Shown here piece after piece: positions 54,162 through 64,000 of a stretch of 64,000 nucleotides of DNA. The stretch lies in NCBI GenBank assembly GCA_951406725.2, contig OX597829.1, positions 51,646,001 through 51,710,000 of the forward strand, in the 5' to 3' direction. The DNA is from Octopus vulgaris (Eukaryota). Position numbers and translations under genes: made by a program. Numbering within the stretch: position 1 is the stretch's first letter; every line of letters begins with the position of its first letter. Under the pieces are notes generated by a model. The model was given only the letters and a program-made list of their open reading frames with translations. It was not told where the DNA came from and ran no database searches.

Positions 54162-54397
54162 TAGTATATATATATATATATATATATGATGAGTCTACAA
54201 AACTTTAAGCAGCACAGAGTTGAATCAAACTGTTATGGTGTGGCTGTGTGGTTAGTAGCTTGCTTCCGAACCACATGCCTTGGGGTCCAGTCCCACTGTG
54301 TGGCACTTTGGACAAGTGTCTTCTACTATAGCCTCGAGCTGACCACAGCCTTGTGAGTGGATTTGGTAGACGGAAACTGAAAGAAGCACATCGTATA

Positions 54398-54925
54398 TCA
54401 TCATCATCGTTTAACGTCTGCTTTCCATGCTAGCATGGGTTGGACGGTTCAACTGGGGTCTGGCAAGCCCGAAGGCTACACCAGGCCAGTCAGATCTGGC
54501 AGTGTTTCTACAGCTGGATGCCCTTCCTAACACCAACCACTCCGAGAGTGTAGTGGGTGATTTTATGTGCCACCGACACAGGTGCCAGACGAGGCTGGCA
54601 GACGGCCACGCTCGGATGGTGTTTTTTATGTGCCACCGATACAGGTGCCAGACGAGGCTGGCAGACGGCCACGCTCGGATGGTGTTTTTTTATGTGCCAC
54701 CGACACAGGTGCCAGACGAGGCTGGCAGACGGCCACGCTCGGATATGGTGTTTTCAGTGTTTTTCTTATGTGTCACCGACACAAGTGCCAGACGAGGCTG
54801 GCGAACGGCTACGATCGGATGGGGTTTGTTACGTGCCCACGGCACGGAGGCCAGTCAATGCGGTACTGGCTACGGTCCCGTTCGGATGGTTTTCTTATGT
54901 GCCACCGGCACTGGTACCACAGGGA
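54398..54925 (-). mobile_element. RTE-tail SINE-like element with ~64-bp tandem units, nested in a plus-strand OR2-like SINE (54235-55160)
   Basis: Near-identical to 41200-41610, including the variant third unit. Confidence 0.85.
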
Positions 54926-55242
54926 TACAAATTCCATTGATGTTCATCTATTTTGATTTGGTTTGACTTGATATATGTATATATATAACTATATGTGTGT
55001 GTCCTTGTATCTGTGTTTGCCACTCATCAATGCTTGACAACCAATGTTGGTGTGTTTACATCCCCATAACTTAGCAGTTCAACAAAAGAGACTGATACAA
55101 TAAGTACTAGGCTTAAAAAATAAGTCCTGGGGTCGTATTGTTTCAACTAAAACCCTTCAAGTGTAGGAATGGCTGTGTGGTAAGAAGCTTGCTTCACAAC
55201 CAAATAGCTCTGGGTTCATTCTTACTGCATGTCACCTTGGAC

Positions 55243-55381
55243 CACTAGTGTAGTAGGAAGGGGGGGGACTTTTAAAGGGGCATCACGTTTGGGTCTGCTG
55301 TAGGCAATATGTATTTCTTGTGGGGTCTGTGTGATGGCAAACAGAAGGGCCACCCAGGGTGGCATACTAGCTACACTAGTG
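55243..55381. mobile_element. 139-bp MITE with 8-bp TSD inside a SINE head
   Basis: TIR CACTAGTGTAG / CTACACTAGTG. Perfect TSD ccttggac on both sides. Confidence 0.88.
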
Positions 55382-57437
55382 CCTTGGACAAGTATCTGAT
55401 ACTATAGCCGTAGGCTGAGCAAAGCCTTGTCAGTGAATTCGGTAGGCAGAAATTGAAAGAAGCCCATTATGTGAGTGTGTATGTCCCATTATAGTTTGAC
55501 AACTGGTGTTTATGTCCTCATAACCCAGCAGTTCAGCAAGAGAGACTGATAGAAAAAATACCAGGCTTAAAAATTGGTTTGACTAAAATTCTTCAAGGTG
55601 GTGCTCCAGCATGGCCACAGTTTAATGACTGAAATAAGTAACAGATAAAAGACAAAAGATACACACACACACACGCGTGCAGTCTTTATTTTATGCCCAC
55701 TTGTCATGTTGTCAGGGGTAGTATGATTTAGCAGGATTCAATATGTCAGAGAATCACAAGTTCTTTCAAAGGCTCATTATTAGTATGGTATCTATGGCTG
55801 CCCCTCCAAATGCCAACCGCATTTACAGAATGGAGTGCATACAATTTCTATAGCACCATCACAGTAGAGGTTGCCTTACCATCAGCAAGACTAAAGAGCT
55901 CTCTCAAGTAATGCAGTATAGCTGTTTGCATCAATTGAATGTACTAAGCACTTCTTGTAGTACCAGTATTGTTGGGGGGACACCTTACAGTTTGCAAAGT
56001 GTAAGGAAGTACCCCATGACAGATGGACCAAAGTTACTGTGAGAGGATGGTAATAGAGAACAACAGAGGGGAACAATGTTGAGAGTGGGAGTAGAGGAGA
56101 CAGAGGAGGGGGAGAAGGAAGGAGTCAGAATGAAATGGTAACAGGATGGGTTGAATAGGTGAACCCAGTGATGGGGGTGGGTCAGTCTGTCTGCCATGCA
56201 ATAAGTTTGTTTTTATTGGAATTAGAGATTTAGTATTGCAAGACAGGGTTGAGACAATCTTAGGAGTGGAGGTCACAGGAGTAATAGGAAAAGTATCATC
56301 AGGAGGTTAGTGAAAGAGTGTTAGAGTGATAAAACAGTGTGGAGCGTTGAAGAGGAGGGGTGTAGTTATATTATATATTATGCCTGGCACCTTGCTATAC
56401 TCAAAAAGACCCATGCCCCGCAGCAGAAGTGTCAAGGCTGGTTTTCCCCTGGGGGTGAGGATTGACCTGTAAGACACACTTGTACCAGTGCTACATAGAT
56501 GCACCAGCACATACTGTATAAGTGGCTGGCATTAGGAAGGGCATCCAGCTGTAGAAACCAAGCCAAGTCAGACAAGAATCTAGTGCAACTCTCCAGCTTT
56601 GGTCAAACCATCCAACCCATGTCAGCATGGTTCTTTCAAAGGCTCATTATTGGTGTGGTATCTATGGCTGCCCCTCCTAATGCCAACCACATTTACAGAA
56701 TGGAGTGCATACAATTTTTATAGCACCATCACAGTAGAGGTTGCCTTACCATCAGCAAGACTAAAGAGCTCTCTCAAGTAATGCAGTATAGCTGTTTGCA
56801 TAGATGTTAAATGATGATGATTGGGTGGTTAAAATGAGGGTGAAAGCGAGTAATAGGAGGGAAAGAGAAAAGTGCCTAGGATTGGATGATGGGTTGGGTA
56901 GGAGATGATACAGTCCTATCCCACATGTATATGGTTAGGCAGAGTGGTGCAGGTAAGATGACAACGAAGATCCAGAGTATATCCTCATATTAATATTTCC
57001 AAGAGAGAATGATAACAGTGGAGTTAGAATCAGTGGGATGTCAGAATGCAATTTCTTCCTAACCTAGCATAACTTATAATTTGGAGAGAAGGAGCAAAAG
57101 TAAGACGGCAGTATGGGGTGGAGAGAGATATATTAAATACACCCAAATCAAGTATTTTCCTCTCAGCTATGGGCATGGCAATGTTGAGTAGAAGAGAGAA
57201 TGGAGAGGGTGTTAAATATAAGAAAGCCATTTATTGTGGAAAAAAAATTAACCCCAAAAACAATATACAAATGGAAACATTATTTCTATGCTTTTGATAT
57301 GCAGATTCATCCTGTGTTATTCATAAGATATATATTTGTTATATGTCCCTTTATATATAAAATACATACATACAATCATACATACATATATTGGCAGTGT
57401 CCCAGCATGGCCACAGCTTGTGAGCTGAAACTAGATT

Positions 57438-57478
<41 letters not shown>

Positions 57479-57507
57479 GAAGGTTTGGAGATGATGTACA
57501 GGTATTT

Positions 57508-57755
57508 TATATTAGAAGAAATGAGGTACTCAGAAGATCGGATGGTTTATATTTACAGATATTTATTTGTATATTACATGTTTTTATACATCATATAACT
57601 TAGATCATGTATTAGTGCTTTCTCCCACTAGAATGGGAGAAAGCGCTATTACATGATCTAAGTTATATGATGTATAAAAAATGTAATATACAAATATATA
57701 TCTGTAAAAATATAAAACCATCCGATCTTCTGAGTACCTCATTTCTTCTAATATA
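57508..57755. repeat. Fold-back palindrome with ~120-bp arms and a 6-nt loop
   Basis: tatattagaagaaatgaggtactcagaagatcggatgg…tctccca ctagaa tgggaga…ccatccgatcttctgagtacctcatttcttctaatata. Confidence 0.95.
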
Positions 57756-58154
57756 TATATATATACACACATACACACAGGAATATATAGGAACGTACTG
57801 ACACATATATTTATGCATACACATTCAAGCTTGCATGACATACAATTTATATATAATACATATAATATAATGCATTATATAATTCATATTGTATGATATA
57901 ATGCTTCAATAATAGTTTTTTCATAAAGAATGCGCACTTAGTTCTGAGGTAGGTAACAATCAGATCCAGAATGTGTCATAAATACTGTGCTTTGTAACAA
58001 ACAGCACTTTGCTGCATGATCAGTGAAGCATCACAAAAGTTGGGTGTAAGCTCACGAAACTTGGGTGTAATCAACAGAGCAAAATCTCTTTAACCTTTTG
58101 TTTGTAAATTCAAAACAAATGTGAGCACATAAATATATTTTAGATGTATACATT

Positions 58155-58186
<32 letters not shown>

Positions 58187-58291
58187 CACATGTAGATAGA
58201 TAGATAGATATGCATATAGATTAGCCAACTTGTATTAGGCTTCTTAGAAGCGTAAACAACAATGCTGCCGCTATTTATTGAAAGCATCATA

Positions 58292-59195
58292 TTGGGTCAT
58301 CTCATAAATAATGCGGTTTTTCAATTGCATGAACTAAAAGTTGGAGGGGGACGTGATAAACTACCTGCTTCAACTTGCTAGAAAAGCAGGTAGTAATTTT
58401 ACTTTGATTTATTCTTATTGTAAGTTTTGAAGAGTGCAGTTCGATTTTAACAGTTATTTTTCCAAAGCTATAATGGAAGTGACAATGGAGCATATTCGGT
58501 GTACTTTGCTTTATGAGTTTAATAAAGGTAACAAAGCAACAGAAAGTATGAGGAATATTAATGCAGTATATTGGGGATTAGACAATAAGTGCAAGCCAGT
58601 GTCAACGGTGGTTCCAGAAACAACAGCCTAGAAGACAAGCCTTGTCCTGGATGATCCATAGAGCTTGATGAGGATGTTTTGCAAACCCTGGTGGAACAAA
58701 ATCCCATCATAATTGTTGAGGAACTAGCAGAGAAGCTTGGATTAAGTCATTCAACCATTCATCGACATCTGCATTAGAAGAAAAATGACCATCTTTGGTT
58801 TCAAGACAAAAGGTGCTCTTCCATCAGGATAATGCTCAGCCACATACAGTGAGGATGATATTCTGAAGGCTGGAGCAGTTTGAATGGGAAACTGTCCCCC
58901 CCACCATATTCGCTAGACATTAACCCATTTGATTATCATTTATTCCACAGTCTTCAAAATCATTTGGACAGAAAAAATATGAATTCTATAGATGAAGTCA
59001 GAATGGTATGGGAGGAGTTTTTCTTCACAGACAAGTGAATTTTGGAAGAAGGGCCTTGCAAGCCTATCACACAGATGGAAGAGCATTGTAGAAAATGAAG
59101 GAGAATATATTTTACATTAAAAAAGACATTTGTTTATCTTAAATTTGAAAAATAAAAGAATAAAAAAAAACGATATTATTTATGGGATGACTCAA
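58292..59195 (+). mobile_element. Internally deleted mariner (DD34D-type) transposon
   Basis: TA-flanked TIRs ttgggtcatctcataaataat / attatttatgggatgactcaa. Remnants EHIRCTLLYEF…, LFHQDNAQPH, and YSLDINPFDYHLFHSLQN (~YSPDLAPSDY). Confidence 0.9.
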
Positions 59196-59598
59196 TATAT
59201 CATCATCATCATTTAATGTTTGTCTTCCATGGGTTGGATAATTTTACAGGAACTGGCAAGCCAAAGGAACGTGCCAGGTTCCACTGTCTGTTTTAGCATG
59301 ATTCTTAGAGTGGACTGGGTAATCTTTATGTGCATTAACACTGGCAAGATATATTTGGCGTAGTCTTCATGGCCGGATGCCCATCTTAATGACAGCCACT
59401 TTACAGAGTAGTAATTTTATATACAGGGAGACATTTTGTGGAATCCTGTTTAAAGCCTGTTTGCAGTATTTGACAACCAGATGTTATCGACTGTATGGAT
59501 TTAAATGCCACCGGGTTTACTTCAAGAATTCTCCTTTGGTGTTTGTAGAGTTTATAAAATATGAGGGAAAGAAAATGGAATTCACAAGACTCTCTATT

Positions 59599-59674
59599 AG
59601 TCACTACAACCGTTTCAACCCCTGATACACTGTTGTGGTGCATCAAATGTACAGATATATCTCGTCAGGTGACT
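59599..59674 (-). ncRNA. Type I hammerhead ribozyme motif with intact core
   Basis: Minus strand: AGTCAC-CTGACGA-GA…tctgtac…gtatcagg…TT-GAAA-C ggtt G-TA-GTGACT. Stem I is a perfect 6 bp and the triplet is GUA. Confidence 0.72.
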
Positions 59675-59766
59675 TGTCAAAAGGTACCTTGTGTTTTTAA
59701 TCTCCATTTCACTTATTTCTATTACAATACATTTTGGTAGTTGATGTAGTATGCTACACATCCACA

Positions 59767-60147
59767 GGCATAGGAGTGGCTGAGTGGTAAGTAGCTTGCT
59801 TACGAACCACATGGTTCTGGGTTCAGTCCCACTGCGTGGCACCTTGGGCAAGTGTCTTCTGCTATAGCCTCGGGCCGACCAAAGCCTTGTGAGTGGATTT
59901 GGTAGACGGAAACTAAAAGAAGCCCGTCGTATATATGTGTGTGTATGTTTGTGTGTTGTGTTTTCCCCCTCCCCCAACATCACTTGACAACTGATGCTGG
60001 TGTGTTTACATTCCCATAACTTAGCGGTTCTGCAAGAGACCGATAGAATAAGTACTGGGCTTACAAAGAATAAGTCCTGGGGTCGATTTGCTCGACTAAA
60101 GGCGGTGCTCCAGCATGGCCACAGTCAAATGACTGAAACAAGTAAAT
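59767..60147 (+). mobile_element. OR2-like SINE, full length
   Basis: ggcataggagtggctgagtggtaag…gggttcagtccc…ggcaccttgggcaagtg…tgactgaaacaagtaaa. Confidence 0.9.
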
Positions 60148-60634
60148 GAATATATATATATATAAATATACACACACATCAAAATAACAGGTTGATAGTA
60201 GCCGATTCTTTGATTTCTTTAAAACTTTCTTTCACAGGTATCATCCATAATAGAATATTCTCCATATTCCCCTGCTGTTTATTTCTCACTCGGATATAAT
60301 TTTTTTTGTTTATTTTTTTTCTTTTCCCAATGCCAGTCAGGTAGGTACTGTATTTGCTGGTGTAGAAGATGCATTCTTGTATAAAACAAATTCGTTTTTG
60401 CGGGGAAAAAAATATTTAATGTTTTATCATAGACTCAGTATCCCATTTGTAACATGGCTGCATTAAATGCATAGCATTTTTTGGTGGGGTGGGGGGTGGA
60501 AATCCATGCTGCCATCTCTTCAGTTATCCGGCCATCGGAAAAAATGCTTACTTGTTTCAGTCATTTGACTGCAGCCATGCTGGAGCATCACCTTTAGTCA
60601 AGCAAAACAAAATGAGCATTTTTTCCAATGGCCA

Positions 60635-60695
60635 GATAACTGAAGAGATGGCGGTGTGGATTTCTGCCCCGACATCCGAAACTCGGAGTTTTATC
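60635..60695 (+). ncRNA. Type I hammerhead ribozyme motif with intact core
   Basis: GATAA-CTGAAGA-GATG…CATC-c-GAAA-CTCgGAG-TT-TTATC. An inverted partial copy lies at 60490-60550. Confidence 0.68.
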
Positions 60696-61559
60696 ATGTC
60701 TACCGAATAATTGTCACATATTACATTTACAGATAAATTCTTCTATTTACATAATATCGAGGTCTCTTTCATGCTTTTGTTGTCTTACCATTTTTATCAA
60801 TATATATATATATATATATATTTTTTCAGACATATTTCTTTGTATCGTTTTAAATATATTTTTTTCCCTTTCTCCTAATAACTTCAGTTTATTTACCATT
60901 CAGTCTGCACATCTCAATCTTTTCTGTTATTGTAAACATCTCAGTCTTTTATTTTCTGTCCTTGTTCATCTGCCATGTCCAATTGTTTACACTCGAGTTA
61001 TGTTGCTGACACTGCAAAATTGAACAATATTGTCAGAAACTTTTGAAATTTTGACGAGATTTTCTCAACAACAAGGAGTTGAACTTGTCTGCATCTTTTT
61101 GGATTTTTTTTTTTTATTCTTGTCTGATTTTCTACATAAATATTTTTTGTTCTCCTGTGACATTTTACTATTTTTACACACACAAAAAGGAAACTGTTAA
61201 ATCAACAAATGCTTACCTGGAAGAACTTCTTGTAGCCTTGATAGATTGAAGAAATTTGAAATAAATAAATAGCATTTGAAGAAATTTGAAATAGATAGCA
61301 TTTGTTGTAGGAAAATGGTCATTGCTGTTGTTGCTAAAATTACAGAACATCAGTAATATAAGATTTGGTCATACAATTAAATTAAGATTGATATTGGTCC
61401 GTCTAAATGAAGAATCGATAAATTAAAAATAGTAGCAGAAAGCCGGTTTTAAATTTTATTTAAACTACATATTGAAATAACCCTAATCCTTTAATAAGAT
61501 GTGTTCTCTGTTCAATACACAATGATCCTCAGCTCCACTAGAAATGCATTGAATTTTGA

Positions 61560-62600
61560 AATTATACCAAGTTTTGAGACTTGTCCATCCATCTTCTGTA
61601 CCATTCCTAGGAGGGTTGTAAGGGTAGCGTCCGAAGGCACCTCATCCATAGGATCTTGTAAGATGCAAACATTATTACTGTAACCTCTCAAGGTAAATAA
61701 GTAGTGGCTCAACCTGGAGCAACTCTTTTATCTTAGAGTAATACATCCTGTTGAGCAACATTACTCCAGAGATCCTTCAGAGGAACCGTTTTGGCGATTT
61801 GTATTTACAAACATTCGTGACCATAGGTGAGGATAGAAATGAAAGCTGAATTGAAGATAGTGAGTTTTGCTTCTTTTTTTTTTCCCCTTCTTTACTAACC
61901 TCTCCACATCTGAGAATCAAATGCTGGGCTAGCACATTACTTTGTGGAGGCACATGGCCTAGTGGTTAGAGCAGCGGACTTGCAGTCGAGGGATCAAAGC
62001 TCAAACCGGGTAATGTGTGTGTTTATAAGCAAAACACCTTAGCTCCATGTGGCTCCAGCAGAAGGTAACTTCTGCTGACTCTTTTGCCACAACTTTCTCT
62101 CACTCTCTCCTCCTGCATCTAGCAGCTCACCTGTGATGGACTGGCATTCTGACCAGGTGGGGAACCTATACGCCAATGAAACTGGGAAACCAGCCGTATG
62201 AGCCAAATATCGTTCGAAAAGGAACGAACATTACTTTGCCAGCCCCTGCAATCCAAGCCTTCTGCTTCCCATCAATTGTCAATAGTCCCAAGACATTTCA
62301 ACTTCTCCACTTACTTCAGTGATGTTCCACTCATATCTGGAATATGTTTAGGAAGACTTTCTTAAAAGGACAAATGTCTCAGCATTTACAACACTGACTT
62401 TTAACCCTGCCTTGCAGCACTCAGCAGCAAAATCCATTCAATGCATGCTGGCGATCAACTTCTGAGTCCAGTACCATTATGACACCTGCAAATATCGGTC
62501 AACTGATCCTACTCACCAATTGTGATTCCACTTCAGTCAAATGTCATGTCAGAAAGACACCTCTTTTAACAAAATCATAAATATTATCTTTAGACATTTG
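61560..62600 (-). mobile_element. Decayed RTE-clade LINE (Rex3/Expander-like) RT and C-terminal region, split by a SINE
   Basis: Minus-strand remnants QHALNG…AAECCKAGLKVSV, AKLTIFNSAFISILTYGHEC, RFL*RISGVMLLNR and ELLQVEPLLIYLERLQ. Confidence 0.75.
61945..62227 (+). mobile_element. tRNA-headed V/Nin-like SINE with 11-bp TSD
   Basis: A box tggcctagtggttagag. acattactttg is duplicated at 61934-61944 and 62228-62238. Confidence 0.85.
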
Positions 62601-62629
62601 AGATAAATGTTTTTTTTTTATATATAATA

Positions 62630-62783
62630 GGCACAGGAGTGGCTGTGTGGTAAGTAGCTTGCCTACCAACCACATGGTTCCGGGTTCAGTCCCACTGCAT
62701 GGCATCTTGGGCAAGTGTCTTCTGCTATAGCCCCGGGCCGACCAATGCCTTGTGAGTGGATTTGGTAGACGGAAAGCCTGTCG

Positions 62784-62816
<33 letters not shown>

Positions 62817-63000
62817 CTGTGTTTGTCCCCCTAGCATTGCTTGACAACCGATGCTGGTGTGTTTACGTCCCTGTCACTTATTTTGCCGAACTGCTAAGTA
62901 CTGGGCTTACAAAAGAATAAGTCCTGGAGTCGAGTTGCTCGACTAAAGGCGATGCTCCAGCATGGCTGCAGTCAATTCACTGAAACAAGTAAAAGAGTAA
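62630..63000 (+). mobile_element. OR2-like SINE
   Basis: Full family structure. Confidence 0.88.
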
Positions 63001-63409
63001 ATTACTAAAACTAGAAGCAATTCATATATCCTCAGCCCCTTACGCTAGTAAAGTCCATTTAATGTTTTAATGCTTACTCAGTTTCATCACCAGAATGAGG
63101 TTACAACAATAACAGACCTTCCAGTAAGTTGCAAAAGTTCACGATAATACTGAAGTAGCAAGTGAAATCACCAATTACTAATCTTTTAAATCATTCAATG
63201 GTTAAAACCCTGTTGAAATTTCATGCTATGCACCGTATGTGTTGAATTTGTTTATTTTGCCAATAGTAAAATTTCCATAGTTTTTATCTTTGTGCAGATC
63301 TATATAAAACAAGCAACATCAACTATTTAATGTTTTTCTAATTTTATTTGATGGACTAATAATTTTAAGATTTGGTGTCGAAAGTTTTATCATTTCTATT
63401 AATTAGGCT

Positions 63410-63790
63410 TGGCTTGGCTACATCGTTAAAAAACTTGCTTTCCAGTCAAGTATGAATTGTGAATTCATACCTACCAAGAATCACTTTGGGCAAACATCTG
63501 TTACAGCCCTAGGCTGATGAAAGCCTTGTGAGTAGATTTGATAGACAAGAAATGAAAGAAGCCCATTGTATGTATGTACCTTCACTGCTTGACATCATCG
63601 TCATACAAATGAGGCTCATTTCCAGTCTTTCTATGAAAACATGTCTAACTATGGCTATGGGAAAGCATTACTGTTTGGAGAGTTGGTGACAGGAAGAGCA
63701 TCCGGCCATAGAAAATCTGCCACAACCAATTTCATTTGATTCATGCAAAAAAAAAAAAAAAAAAAAAATTAATAGTGTTCATGATAATAT
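63410..63790 (+). mobile_element. Degenerate hybrid SINE (as at 8190-8540)
   Basis: CORE-like head remnant, then ggtgacaggaagagcatccggccatagaaa. Confidence 0.6.
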
Positions 63791-64000
63791 TTCAAGAATT
63801 CTTTGCGACTGACCAGTTACAAGACAAACAACTGGGCATTATTATAAATAATTCATTCTGGTGATAAGAGAGTACCATTTTGAAATGGTAATTAGAGCTG
63901 GCACACTGTTTCTGATAATATATGTTCCAGTTGATCTGGTCAACTTAACAGCCTGCTCATAAAACTAGGATGCAGGTAGCCGAACACTTCACAGATGCAA

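Noticed and set aside
59767-59840. tRNA-like sequences (also 61945-62010 and others)
   Set aside because: They have A and B boxes but no complete cloverleaf, and they run into SINE bodies.
61512-61712. 66-aa ORF that looked like a host exon
   Set aside because: It lies in the decayed 3' part of the minus-strand RTE LINE.

Overview
This is AT-rich eukaryotic genomic DNA, almost certainly from an octopus or other coleoid cephalopod, judged from its SINE families and very high microsatellite load. I find no convincing host protein-coding exon, rRNA, true tRNA gene or CRISPR array, so the window reads as intergenic or intronic. It is a mosaic of several repeat classes: (i) at least four SINE or SINE-like families; (ii) decayed RTE and CR1/L2 LINE fragments; (iii) decayed DNA transposons (Tc1, mariner, maT-like, a Chapaev3-like transposase) and MITEs with intact hallmarks (piggyBac-type TTAA, hAT-type 8-bp TSD, Helitron TC...CTAG); (iv) long microsatellites, which produce nearly all the long ORFs in the track. 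The most notable signal is a dispersed set of about eight minimal type I hammerhead-ribozyme-like motifs from several unrelated small non-coding repeat families, of the kind known from Penelope-like elements. Some sit at the centre of fold-back or inverted structures. There are also several local templated insertions and SINE-tail tandem arrays, including a roughly 950-bp inverted array. All family assignments were made by eye and need a repeat-library search.
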